A stretch of 64,000 bases of DNA, taken from NCBI GenBank assembly GCA_002269645.1, contig NIVC01000038.1:1240001-1304000 (forward strand), written 5' to 3'. Each line of letters opens with the position of its first letter. Position 1 is the stretch's first letter. Shown piece by piece: positions 45,001-57,489 of this stretch. The translations under genes and the position numbers were made by a program. The notes beneath the pieces were generated by a model. That model had not been told where the DNA came from. It saw only the letters and a list, made by a program, of their open reading frames with translations, and ran no database searches. Origin of the DNA: Macrostomum lignano. Taxonomy: Eukaryota.

Positions 45001-46938
45001 CGAAAAATCACCCCCAGAATTCCCCAGAAGAATCACCACCCCAGAATTCCCCAGAAGAATTGCCCCCAAATTCCTCCGAAAAATCACCCCCAGAATTCCC
45101 CAGAAGAATCGCCCCCAGAACTCTCCAGAAGAATCGCCACCCCAGAATTCCCCAGAAGAATCGCCCCCTAAATTCAGCTCCCCATCCAACCCGCAGGCCC
45201 ATTTCTACTCCTAGTGGAGCTGGCCCATCACGGAAATCTGCGCGACTTTTTGAAATACCGGTGCCTGTCGGACCGGGTGGCGCTCCAGTACCACAACCTG
45301 CACCCGGGCACGAAGCAGATGCAGTACCTGCCCTGCGTATCCGGCCAGCTGCTGCTGCAGTTCGCGACTGACGTGGCCAGCGCTCTGGATTTCATGGCCA
45401 GCATCAAGGTGGGTAAAACAACTGGCTGCCCCTGACCCCTATCTCTACGGAAATCTCTGAGATCTCTACGGAAATCTCTCTAAGATCTCTACGGAAATCT
45501 CTCTAAGATCTCTACGGAAATCTCTCTAAGATCTCTACGGAAATCTCTCTAAGATCTCTACGGAAATCTCTCTGGGATCTCTACGGAAATCTCTTTGGGA
45601 TCTCTACGGAAATCTCTCTGGGATCTCTACGGAAATCTCTCTAAGATCTCTACGGAAATCTCTCTGGGATCTCTACCGAAATCTCTCTGGGATCTCTACC
45701 GAAATCTCTCTAAGATCTCTACGGAAATCTCTTTGAGATCTCTACGGAAATCTTTGAGATCTCTACAGAAGTCTTTCTGAGATCTCTACGGAAATCTCTG
45801 AGATCTCTACGGAAATCTCTGAGATCTCTACGGAAATCTCTGAGATCTCTACGGAAATCTCTCTGAGATCTCTACGGAAATCTCTCTAAGATCTCTACGG
45901 AAATCTCTCTAAGATCTCTACGGAAATCTCTGAGATCTCTACGGAAATCTCTCTGGGATCTCTACGGAAATCTCTCTGGGATCTCTACGGAAATCTCTCT
46001 AAGATCTCTACGGAAATCTCTCTGGGATCTCTACCGAAATCTCTCTGGGATCTCTACCGAAATCTCTCTAAGATCTCTACGGAAATCTCTTTGAGATCTC
46101 TACGGAAATCTTTGAGATCTCTACAGAAGTCTTTCTGAGATCTCTACGGAAATCTCTGAGATCTCTACGGAAATCTCTGAGATCTCTACGGAAATCTCTG
46201 AGATCTCTACGGAAATCTCTCTGAGATCTCTACGGAAATCTCTCTAAGATCTCTACGGAAATCTTTGAGATCTCTACAGAAGTCTTTCTGAGATCTCTAC
46301 GGAAATCTCTGAGATCTCTACGGAAATCTCTGAGATCTCTACAGAAGTCTTTCTAAGATCTCTACGGAAATCTCTGAGATCTTTACGGAAATCTCTAAGA
46401 TATTTCAGCGTCTTCAAACTTGAAAATTTCAAAATTATTTTTTTAACTTAAATGTTTTAAATTCGAATTCTTGAAAAATTCTCCCACTGGAAACAGGTCT
46501 AAACGTCTTAATCTTAAATATCCCCAAGCCAGTAAGTCAAGGCCCACCCATTAGGTTTGGGAATGCGAGGCCCTGGATCCACACAGGTCGCATGGGGATC
46601 GTGCCTTGATGCTGATTCTGTTCGACCCCATTGTGGAGCGTGATGCATACTAGGATTCATGCCTCTAATGCCAGCCTGTCTGTATCTGCTTTTGGGTGAC
46701 TGAGTGGCTGACTGTGGGTCTCCTGAAGAGAGTGGCAACAAGTTGAAATGGATCTCTACATTGTATTTTGTCATTGTAAAACAATGCGCGTCTGCTGCAT
46801 GCTGCGTAGTAGGACCTGTAATTTTTATTGCTTGTATTTATGCACTGTTGTTCTTAAGTTCTGCCTGCGCATCTCTTGGACGGGTGGCATTGCTGTGTGT
46901 TGCCGACTCTTGATGGTTGATAGATGGTGACAGGGCCC

Positions 46939-46988
<50 letters not shown>

Positions 46989-47029
46989 GTCTGTCTGTCT
47001 GTCTCTGTCTGTCTGTCTGTCTGTCTGTC

Positions 47030-47066
<37 letters not shown>

Positions 47067-47127
47067 GTCTGTCTGTCTGTCTCTGTCTGTCTGTCTGTCT
47101 GTCTGTCTCTGTCTGTCTGTCTGTCTG

Positions 47128-47162
<35 letters not shown>

Positions 47163-47197
47163 GTCTGTCTGTCTGTCTGTGTCTGTCCATCTGTCTG

Positions 47198-47236
<39 letters not shown>

Positions 47237-47371
47237 GTCTGTCTGTCTGTCTGTGTCTGTCTGTCTGTCTGTGTCTGTCCATCTGTCTGTGTCTGTCTGT
47301 CTGTCTGTGTCTGTCCATCTGTCTGTGTCTGTCCATCTGTCTGTGTCTGTCTGTCTGTCTGTGTCTGTCCA

Positions 47372-47404
<33 letters not shown>

Positions 47405-47431
47405 GTCTGTCTGTCTGTCTGTGTCTGTCCA

Positions 47432-47492
<61 letters not shown>

Positions 47493-47578
47493 GTCTGTCC
47501 ATCAGTCTGTCTGTCTGTCTGTCTGTGTCTGTCTGCCTGTCTATCTGTCTGTCTGCCTGTCTATCTGTCTATCTGTCA

Positions 47579-47617
<39 letters not shown>

Positions 47618-47619
47618 AG

Positions 47620-47685
<66 letters not shown>

Positions 47686-47753
47686 AGCTTGTCTGTCTGC
47701 CTGTCTGTGTCTATCTGTCTGTCTGTCTGCCTGTCTGTGTCTGTCTGCCTGCC

Positions 47754-47788
<35 letters not shown>

Positions 47789-50700
47789 GTCTGTCTGCCT
47801 GTCTGTCTGTCTGTCTATCTGTCTGTCTGCCTGTCTGTGTCTATCTGTCTGTCTGCCTGTCTGTCTGTCTGTCTATCTGTCTGTCTGTCTGTCTGCCTGT
47901 CTGTGTCTATCTGTCTGTCTGTCTGCCTGTCTGTCTGTCTGTGTGTCAGACCGCATCTCTCCGCCTCAATCCCCCAGATTGTCCACAGAGACGTGGCCGC
48001 TCGCAACATCCTGGTTGCCAATGGCGACAATAACGATGGCAGTCTGGTTGCTAAGGTGGCCGACTTTGGACTGACGCGCAACGTACAGGACAAGGACTAC
48101 TACCGGGTCATCAATGAGGTGAGCGGGGCCGAGTGGATTGGAAAACATGGCTGAGTAGAAACAGATAGGTTGACACATGACAAACAGGTAGAAAATTGGG
48201 GTAGACAGAGAGATTGGGGTAGACAATGGACAATTAGACACGAGACAGATAAATGCGAGACAAGTAGACACCAGACAGGTACACACAGGTAGACAGGTAG
48301 ACAAGGAAGAGACTGGTAGATAAGAGACAGGTAGATACGAGACAGGTAGATACGGGAGACAGGTAGACAAGAGACAGGTAGACACGGGAGACAGGTAGAC
48401 ACGGGAGACAGGTAGACAAGAGACAGGTAGACAAGGGACAGGTAGACAAGAGACAGGTAGACACGGGACGGGTAGACACAGAACAGGTAGACACGAGACA
48501 GGTAGACAAGAGACAGGTAGACAAAGGTAGACACGGGACAGGTAGACACAGGTAGACGGGTAGACACGGGAGACAGGTAGACACGGGACAGTAGACACGA
48601 GACAGGTAGACACAGGACAGGTAGACACGGGACAGGTAGACACAGGACGGGTAGACACAGAACAGGTAGACGCGGGACAGGTAGACACGGGACAGGTAGA
48701 CACAGGACGGGTAGACATGAGACAGGTAGACACGGGACAGGTAGACACAGGACAGGTAGACAAGAGACAGGTAGACACGGGACAGTAGACACGGGACAGT
48801 AGACACGAGACGGGTAGACACAGGACGGGTAGACACAGGACAGGTAGACACGGGACAGGTAGACATGGGACAGGTAGACACAAGCTAGGCATATACAGAT
48901 CACTTGACCACTGCAGCAGTTAAATATCACGCGTTTCATGACCTTCTCTCCAATCCAGCAACCAGTGTGAATCGAGTGCAGAATATGTGATGCCTATCTT
49001 TGCATTGTAATTGCAATCGTAATTCAGCTTCTTATTCAACCCTTGGGGAGCTCTTTGTTGCGTCCGCGATTTCGGGGCTCTCCCGCCATCCCCAGGGTCC
49101 CCTGATATAGAGTAATACCCCCGGTGCCTGCACCAGGACAAGCCTCACCATCATAATTCTTTAGTTCTGGGTTTGTTGCGTGCCCTAAGCGAGGCCTTGA
49201 CTTTGTCTTTGTTTTATTAAATCGCTTCTGTGCCTCTCCTCTTTGTCTGGTATAAGCGACTCCCCTGCTGGGGACATAGAGGTGAATCAAGGTCAGTCTG
49301 ATAGGGAATGGGGGTCTAGTAAGGCATGTAGGAAGTACTGTACAGCCCTTTTTTTTCTTGAACTAAGTTAAAAAATTTCTGCTTTTAGTAAGCCAATTCT
49401 AACTAGTATTGGGGGATGTGGGGAGATGGATATGGAAGAGAGGGTAGATAGGAGGGGAGAGAGGGTAACAGGAGAGGGTAGAGAGGGGGTAAATAGAAGA
49501 TGGGAGAGAGGGTAGCAGGAGAGGGAAGAGAGAGGGTTAACAGGAGGGGAGAGAGAGAGGGTAAACAGGAGGGGAGATAGAGAGGGTAAACAGGAGGGGA
49601 GAGAGAGAGGGTTAACAGGAGGGGAGAGAGAGGGTGTACAGGAGGGGAGAGAGAGGGTTAACAGGAGGGGGGAAAGGGGTTAACAGGAGGGGGGAGAGAG
49701 GGTGTACAGGAGGGGAGAGAGGGTTAACAGGAGGGGAGAGAGAGGGTTAACAGGAGGGGAGAGAGAGGGTTAACAGGAGGGGAGAGAGGGTTAACAGGAG
49801 GGGAGAGAGAGGGTTAACAGGAGGGGAGAGAGAGGGTTAACAGGAGGGGGAGAGAGGGTTAACAGGAGGGGAGAGAGAGGGTTAACAGGAGGGGAGAGAG
49901 GGTTAACAGGAGGGGAGAGAGAGGGTTAACAGGAGGGGAGAGAGAGGGTTAACAGGAGGGGAGAGAGAGGGTTAACAGGAGGGGAGAGAGAGGGTTAACA
50001 GGAGGGGAGAGAGAGGGTTAACAGGAGGGGAGAGAGAGGGTTAACAGGAGGGGAGAGAGAGGGTTAACAGGAGGGAGAGAGAGGGTTAACAGGAGGGGAG
50101 AGAGAGGGTTAACAGGAGGGGAGAGAGGGTTAACAGGAGGGGAGAGAGAGGGTTAACAGGAGGGGAGAGAGAGGGTTAACATAAGGGGAGAGAGAGGGTT
50201 AACAGGAGGGGAGAGAGAGGGTTAACAGGAGGGGAGAGAGAGGGTTAACAGGAGGGGAGAGAGGGTTAACAGGAGGGGAGAGAGAGGGTTAACAGGAGGG
50301 GAGAGAGGCCAGTTGGTGACAAACTGATGTGAGAAGCAGCCATCAACCTGTCAATCATCAAATTTCACTTTGCAGGGCAAGCTGCCGGTGAAGTGGCTGG
50401 CTCCCGAGTGCCTGCGTTCTCGAGTGTTCTCCACAGAATCGGACGTGTGAGTAACCCAGTTCGCCAGTGCGATAATTGCCAAATTATTGTTACTGTCATG
50501 TGAAATCAATGTCGATATTGTAAACTGGTTATAAAAGGTTGTAAAGTTTCGAATACGGCTTGCATATACTTATAATTGCATTTCAAATTGTAAAATCTAG
50601 TAGTTACACGTCAGCGTTGGTGAGGTTGGCAACTTTATGATGGTGCCGCTGGTGCTGGGAGATGGAAATCCTCTTTAGGTTGTCCTAGCATTTACCGAAT

Positions 50701-53670
50701 AGGATGCAGGCTAAATGCCCATCTATCCAAGTAGTCAAGGGAACTCCAATCCTTCCGTTGAAGACTGAAACCGAAACGTTTTGTCCATGGACCTCTAAGT
50801 GTGCGAATTTGGACTGGAAGTTAAAACACTTGAATTATTAAAATCCACCCTGGAATCAAAATATGTGACAGAGAGAGGTATTTTCACAATTCCCAATATT
50901 CACTATTCATTCACAACCCTAACATTCACAATCTTCACAATCACCAATATTCACAATCTTCACGATCTCCAATATTCACAATCTTCACGATCTCTAATAT
51001 TCACAATCTTCACGATCTCCAATATTCACAATCTTCACGATCTCCAATATTCACAATCTTCACGATCTCTAATATTCACAATCTTCACGATCTCTAATGT
51101 TCACAATCTTCACAATCTCCAATATTCACAATCTTCACAATCTCCAATATTCACAATCTTCACGATCTCTATTGTTCACAATCTTCACAATCTCCTATAT
51201 TCACAATCTTCACGATCTCCAATATTCACAATCTTCACGATCTCTAATGTTCACAATCTTCACAATCTCCAATATTCACAATCTTCACAATCACCAATAC
51301 TCACAATCTTCACGATCTCCTATATTCACAATCTTCACGATCTCCAATGTTCACAATCTTTACAATCACCAATATTCACAATCTTCACGATCTCTAATAT
51401 TCACAATCTTCACAATCACCAATATTCACAATCTTCACGATCTCCTATATTCACAATCTTCACGATCTCCTATATTCACAATCATTACAATTCCCAATGC
51501 TCTCAGTCTTCACAATCACCAATATTCACAATCTTCACGATCTCTAATATTCACAATCTTCACGATCTCTAATATTCACAATTTTCACGATCTCCAATAT
51601 TCACAATCTTCACGATCTCTAATATTCACAATCTTCACGATCTCCTATATTCACAATCTTCATGATCTCCAATATTCACAATCTTTACAATCCCCAATGC
51701 TCTCAGTCTTCACAATTCCCAATATTCACAATCTCCAAAATTCACAATTTTCACAATCCCTACTGTTCACAATTTTCAAAATTTCCAATGTTCAGAATCT
51801 TCACGATCTTCACAAACTCCACAATCCCTAACATTCACAATCCCGAATATTCACAATCCCCAGTATTCAAAATCTTCACAATCCCAGTATTCACAATCTT
51901 TACAATCACCAATATTCACAATCTTCCCAATTCACAATCTTAACAATCCGATTGTCACTAAAACATGCCAGTCTTTCCAATCCAGATCCAGCAAAGTCCC
52001 TGGTGCCGCATAGAATTCCAAGTCTTACCCACCAGTGTGTGATTCATGACTAAAAGAGACAGGGTAAAGGGAGCGACTTTCAACCCCAAAGTGGCCTGTG
52101 GGGTCAGTCATCACGTGACTTCCTTCGCTGGGGTCCCCCATCTCTTGAATTATAACTTGGTTCCTCGAAAGCTTGCAATCTTCAGTCTAAACCCACCAGC
52201 ATCCTCTTTGCCTCTTATTAATGGCATTGCTGGAAGCGAACTGAACTTTAAGGGAGGCTGCCCTGGATGTGGATCGATTTAAATGACGCTGGGTACTTTA
52301 AGAATCTCTCTTGACTCCTTATTCCCGAATGGGGATCTTGATCCCAGAAATGGGGATCTTGATTCCAGAAATGAGAATCTTGATTCCAGAAATGGGGATC
52401 TTCATCCCAGAAATGGGGATCTTGATCTCAGAAATGGGATTTTGATTCCAGAAATGGGGATCTTGATTCCAGAAATGGGGATCTTGATCTCAGAAATGGG
52501 AATCTTAATTCCAGAAATGGGGATCTTGATCCCAGAAATAGAAATCTTAATCTCAGAAATGGGGATCTTGATCTCAGAAATGGGAATCTTAATTCCAGAA
52601 ATGGGGATCTTGATCCCAGAAATGGGGATCTTGATCTCAGAAATGGGATTTTGATTCCAGAAATGGGGATCTTGATTCCAGAAATGGGGATCTTGATCCC
52701 AGAAATGGGGATCTTGATCCTAGAAATGAGAATCTTGATTCCAGAAATGGGGATCTTGATCCCAGAAATGGGGATCTTGATCTCAGAAATGGGATTTTGA
52801 TTCCAGAAATGGGGATCTTAATTCCAGAAATGGGGATCTTGATCCCAGAAATGGGGATCTTGATCCCAGAAATGGGGATCTTGATCCCAGAAATGGGGAT
52901 CTTGATCCCAGAAATGGGGATCTTGATCCAGAAATGGGGATCTTGATCCCAGAAATGGGGATCTTGATCCCAGAAATGGGGATCTTGATCCCAGAAATGG
53001 GGATCTTGATCCCAGAAATGGGGATCTTGATCCCAGAAATGGGGATCTTGATCCCAGAAATGGGGATCTTGATCCCACAAATGGGGATCTTGATCCCACA
53101 AATGGGAATATTGATCCCAGAAATGGGGATCTTGATTCCAGAAATGGGATCTTGATTCCAGAAATGGGATCTTGATTCCAGAAATGGGATTTTGATCTCA
53201 GAAATGGGATTTTGATCTCAGAAATTGGGATCTTGATCCCAGAAATGGGGATCTTGATCTCAGAAATGGGGATCTTGATCCCAGAAATAGGGATCTGAAT
53301 TATAGAAATGATCTTAAATTCTTTGAAAAATTAAAAACGCTACTAAACTTACTTCAGCTGGGCATACGGAATTTTGCTATTCGAGATCTACAGCTTTGGC
53401 GAGCTGCCGTACCCGGGCGTTTCACCCGGCGACATCCTGGGCCACCTGGAGTCCGGCAAGGTCAACTCGCGTCCCAAATTCGCCGGCGAGCCGATGTACC
53501 AGCTGATGCGCCAGTGCTGGAGCTGGGATCCGAAGCTCCGGCCCGGATTTCGGGAGATTTTAAACCGGCTTGAAGAGATGCGGACGGCTGGCAACTCGCT
53601 GGCCGAGCCGGAAGCTGCGGATGAAGCTGATTCGGGGGACGGCGAAGTTGGGAATTCGCAGGCGGAGTGA
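35523..53670 (+). CDS. FGFR: FGFR-like receptor tyrosine kinase (signal peptide, 3 Ig-like domains, TM, kinase), 11 exons, 955 aa
   Basis: Exons 35523-35574, 37296-37563, 38040-38696, 39032-39540, 40307-40727, 42074-42180, 42822-42938, 45197-45408, 47978-48118, 50376-50446, 53358-53670; GT-AG, 2868 nt in frame. Ig motifs WYKDG..AGNYTC, GYYRC, DGYYIC; [27 protein letters not shown]; kinase [50 protein letters not shown]. Kinase intron positions follow the FGFR layout as I recall it; exon 1 is the least certain. Confidence 0.85.
36075..37190. repeat. Approx. 25-27 bp minisatellite (CCAGAATTCCCCAGAAGAATCGCC..), RTK intron 1
   Basis: Variable-length units with constant CCAGAATTCC and GAATCGCC. 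Confidence 0.93.
37615..38045. repeat. 40 bp (2x20) minisatellite containing the 3' splice site, RTK intron 2
   Basis: Unit GATCCCATCCCACACTTGAAATCCCAAATCCCAACTTTCA; ten TTTCAG|ATCCC copies. Confidence 0.95.
38706..39005. repeat. (CTGT)n/(CTGC)n microsatellite, RTK intron 3
   Basis: Tetranucleotide tract filling the intron. Confidence 0.97.
39570..40270. repeat. 25 bp minisatellite (ATAATTCCCCTAAAGAATCGCCCCC), RTK intron 4
   Basis: Period 25; same family as the intron 1 and intron 7 arrays. Confidence 0.95.
40730..41998. repeat. 30 bp minisatellite (GGAGTGACAATTTTATCA(A/G)TAAAATCTATC), RTK intron 5
   Basis: About 40 in-register copies, one main A/G variant site. Confidence 0.97.
42235..42745. 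repeat. 30 bp minisatellite (GGGATCTGTGTG(A/T)TCTCTGAATCCCAGTTG), RTK intron 6
   Basis: Period 30, one 2 bp deletion near 42440. Confidence 0.97.
43000..43385. repeat. 16 bp minisatellite (GAGAGTGAATGGA(G/A)GT), RTK intron 7
   Basis: Period 16. Confidence 0.93.
44215..45175. repeat. 27 bp minisatellite (CCAGAATTCCCCAGAAGAATCGCCACC), RTK intron 7
   Basis: Period 27 in the core, ending about 20 nt before the acceptor at 45196. Confidence 0.95.
45442..46400. repeat. 21/23 bp minisatellite (AGATCTCTACGGAAATCTCT(CT)G), RTK intron 8
   Basis: Tandem copies with an approx. 358 bp higher-order duplication. Confidence 0.95.
46941..47946. repeat. (CTGT)n microsatellite, RTK intron 8
   Basis: 1 kb tetranucleotide tract ending about 30 nt before the acceptor at 47977. 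Confidence 0.97.
48160..48890. repeat. 15 bp minisatellite (GACAGGTAGACACGG), RTK intron 9
   Basis: Period 15. Confidence 0.93.
49430..50307. repeat. 23 bp G-rich minisatellite (GGGTTAACAGGAGGGGAGAGAGA), RTK intron 9
   Basis: Period 21-23. Confidence 0.95.
50882..51945. repeat. 25 bp minisatellite (TCACAATCTTCACGATCTCCAATAT), RTK intron 10
   Basis: Period 25, decaying on the right. Confidence 0.95.
52325..53300. repeat. 21 bp minisatellite (CCAGAAATGGGGATCTTGATC), RTK intron 10
   Basis: Period 21 with 20 bp variants. Confidence 0.95.
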
Positions 53671-56600
53671 TCTTAGCGGCTGTCAATGCGGGCTTGAGAC
53701 TAATTTGGGATATTTATCCTAAATATTTGAATTGGGGATATTTATCCTATTATAGGAATAGGGGATATTTAAACCATTATTGCTAAACTCCTTCCCGACA
53801 TCAAACTAAGAGTTTTAGGAGTCTTAGGAGCTGTCAGCTCTTATTAATAGCTATTCCAGTATCTAGTGATTTCTTATTTTTCTAAACTTCATATCCGCAC
53901 CATACTACTGAAATGTGAGGTACTGGAAATTCAATTCAATTCAATTTCGAAATTCAATTCGATTTCGATTATAACAAACTTTTTTACGCTTTTTATTATT
54001 CAAAGCGATCAGGCCTGTTTGCTATATGATTGACATCCCAATAAGCATGAACTCATTTGGCAGCAGATTCTACAAACTATTCTACAAACAAATTATTTAC
54101 TAATTTGTTATATATGCTACTATAAGTATTTGTGCGTCAAACTTTTTTTTTCACAGTTGGTTCATTCTATCAATAATTATCATTTTCTCATCTCTGCGCA
54201 CGTGTAACATTTAATTCTGCTTCTTTTTATGTCATCTCGATTTATTTTCGACCTGTTTATTATTTTTTTAAATTGAAACACGTGTTGTATTTAATTACTT
54301 TTCCTACGATTAACTACTGTTTTCTAAGTAGGGACTGGCGAGTTTGCGGCGAAAAAACTGTCTACAGTTTGCTGAATTTTAATTTTTATGTAATTGATTG
54401 ATCTTAGTTTTCTGTTTTGAACGATTCTATTTTGTTATAATTTGTTGCGCTTTGCGCTTCAAATTTTCTGTAGTCCATCATAAAGTTTCTTAGTCGCTCC
54501 TTTAATTAATAAAGTCTCCTAAACGTCCCATAAATTCGCAAAACTGCATCATAACTTGTAAACTTGTATAGTCTTACATAGCTTACATCATCATCTTACA
54601 TCACCAATCATACATTTGTTAAGTCTTTTGTTAAGTTGTTTTTATTGGTAATTGGTTTTCCCTGTTGTTACTAGGAGTGTACATGTTTAATAATATTTTT
54701 GTTCATTTTTTACCCAATATTTGTACTGTACTATTGTTTTGCATCGAAATACAATTGTAGTATAATATGTACTTTACTGCTGACAGTAATAATACATGCG
54801 TCGAATATCGTCGAATATTTAAAAAAGCAAAAAAATATAAGTACATGTACCCAAAACTGCTCAAACAAATAAATTTACCCACTGAGTAATATTTTATTAG
54901 TAAAAATTTGTTTTTGTCGTTTACTAAAATAATATTCGCATTAAACAATTGTGACCATTGCAACGTTTAAAACTTCATTATTTGCATACATATCGTCCAA
55001 GCTCTGAGGCGTTTCAGATAGGCAGATAGACAAAGTGATTTAATGGATAGGAATTGACTTTAGCTTACATGTTATATCTATCTCATTTATTGAAGACCAA
55101 TCAAGTACATCGAAGTGGGGGGGGGCTATTTGATGGGAGCACATATGCACATTGCACATACATTTTGTCATCTATAAGGGCCACCCTAAATCCTGCTGTA
55201 TACCTTTGTCAGTTTGTGAAATTGGGACAACCAGGTCATATTCGATTCTGTGTTGGAAGTGACAATTCGTCTGAAAATGTTCGAATTTTCAACTGATTCA
55301 AAAATACATGTATTGCGAAATTACGTACTGTACACAGAACTATTAATTTATTTATATCCTAAAGAAATGAAAATTACAAAGGGCAAGACCAATCAGTTAA
55401 TTTTCTGGATCTCTTGGCTGTCTCCTTTGGGTGGGTTTCACAAACGCGAAATTTCACAATCGTTAAATTTTTTGCACTTACTTTCATATACGGCAGTCTT
55501 TTTAGCGGTTTTGAAGTTTCGCAGTTGTGAAGTTTCACATTTGTGAAGTTTACAGCAACAGTGCCCTATCGCTCCAGCTTGTACCCTTTGCTCCTTTAAC
55601 AAACAGTTCCGGAAATCGTACTAGTTTTAAGAAAGTTCAGACAAAAATTAGGAAAATCAGAGTTTAATTTACCAATTAAACTGCAGAATTTAAAAAAATG
55701 TTTTTGTAATGCATAAAAAATTAAAATACGAATAGCATAAAAGTAAACAAGTTGTTTCGCCTGACAACTTCGACACGATAGTTTACTCAGATTTTACGAA
55801 AACCTTGACTCCCTGTCTCCCAGTTTCCACAATAATGTTAGTCTTAACCCAAGCTTTGTAAATTCACAGAATATATTATTCATACGATAGGCTTGTAGTT
55901 TTCCTCAGCTATACTCACTGTATAATAACATTTATTTTTCTTTTTTTTTCAGCCAACCTGCACTGGCTTTACGCCTGTACATCAGTATAAAATAGTTTTC
56001 TTACTGTCGTAAAAACTTTAATATTGAAGAAAGTATTCAAATAATATGTGAAAATAGATAAATTTTCAAAAATTTTGATAAAAAATAAATAAAACTAGTA
56101 GTCTTACACTAAAAATAATACTAGCTAAATTATATTGTACTTGTAGTGTGATATTATTATGGGTTTGTGATTTCAAGCGTGAGTCGTGACTGTATTTTCT
56201 AAAATTGTGTAATAACAGTAATGATATTATTGTAATAAATAAAACCACTAGAATAATTTAAGGATGCTTATATGATACTAGCCGTAGCCGATGGATAGAA
56301 ATTGTTCTGGATTCGCATGCTGTTAGTTTATTTAAAAAATTTTAACACTTTGAATTTAACCATTTATCTTGTTAATCATCAAAAATCATATTTATAATTA
56401 ATGATCAAACTTAAACTGTGCACAATTTTTTAAAGAATTTTTTAATTTCTAAACTAAGGTAATAAAGGTGCTTAAGATGCTATGAGCTATAGCTGGTATT
56501 CTAGAATAATATCCTCTATCTTACTTTTAAATTGGTTAAAAATTCCGGAAATATTTTTTCCAACTAGCTGAAAGTGAACTTCCATGAAAATTTTATCGAA

Positions 56601-56754
56601 ATAAGCAAATCTCAAACAACTGAGTGACGTGACTCGTAAATCAAAACATTTTTTCATTCCATTTGAAAATCAAATGACCAAAATGCAATTAAAAGACAAT
56701 TGACATTTATTAAAGCAGTCAGTAAATGAAATTGTTTAAAAGAGCCAATCAAAG

Positions 56755-57156
56755 TCAGATGTTGTTAACGTTAGTGACGATCCATTCGATCAGCCTAGCC
56801 CGGATCTCGTTGTACCCTGCATCCTGGAAGTTCATCGCTAGAGAGAGCGGCGCGTACTTTAGCCTGGTTGGCGCCCACATCTGCACATAGGGTACATTGC
56901 TGATGTCCTGCGCCTCCGCAATGTTGGGCCGCGGATTGTTGGATGTGTCCAGCGCTGACAGGCGCATGGGGACACTGGACTGGAGACCGCTGGCCTGCCA
57001 ATTTGCTGAACTCCAGCCGCTGAGCTCCTGAAAGATTGGCACCAGTTTGCCCTGACAGATCTGGCAGGTCTGGGCGCTGTACAGCAGCACCTCCACCCGG
57101 TTGCTGCTGTACTTGTAGTCGTAAACGCTCTGCGATGTCACCCAGGCTAGGGTCAT
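56755..57156 (-). CDS. Thioredoxin-fold protein with atypical CQIC motif, 133 aa
   Basis: GC-rich uninterrupted ORF. VEVLLYSAQTCQICQGKLVPIFQELS matches the strand-CxxC-helix pattern; RLSALDTS..NIAEAQDISNVPYVQMW matches the distal strand, helix and cis-Pro. Acceptor-like CCCGCAG 2 nt before the ATG. Confidence 0.7.
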   Translation of the reverse strand: MTLAWVTSQSVYDYKYSSNRVEVLLYSAQTCQICQGKLVPIFQELSGWSSANWQASGLQSSVPMRLSALDTSNNPRPNIAEAQDISNVPYVQMWAPTRLKYAPLSLAMNFQDAGYNEIRARLIEWIVTNVNNI

Positions 57157-57489
57157 GGCTGCGGGACTTTAAATTCCTGATCTTGTCTTATCCTGGAACT
57201 GCAGAGCGCGAACTCTGATCTTGCCTACTAGGCAGAGTCCGGCATGTCTTTTTATCCATTCAATTCTCGACTGCCGCTCTTGTGGCGGGTTGTGCCATAG
57301 ACTAAACTTGTGGCTCCTGCCGCCGCGGATGCCATAGAGAGATTGCAATTTTTCTTTTTTGAGTACCTTATAGGTCTGGGGAATAAGTTGTCATTAACTG
57401 GATGCGTAATGATATCAACTTGTGCTGTGAAATCCACCCACTTGCCAAATATCTCATAAATAATTCTAAAATCAATTTAAACTTACTCA

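Noticed and set aside
46715-46765. Second hammerhead (CTGAAGA..GAAA)
   Set aside because: Stem II pairs poorly and stem I cannot form.
43390-52320. Unique GC-moderate islands in RTK introns (43390-44200, 46490-46940, 48900-49330, 50580-50880, 51950-52320) as nested genes
   Set aside because: No convincing ORF, splice pattern or termini; may be old TE fragments but cannot be supported by eye.
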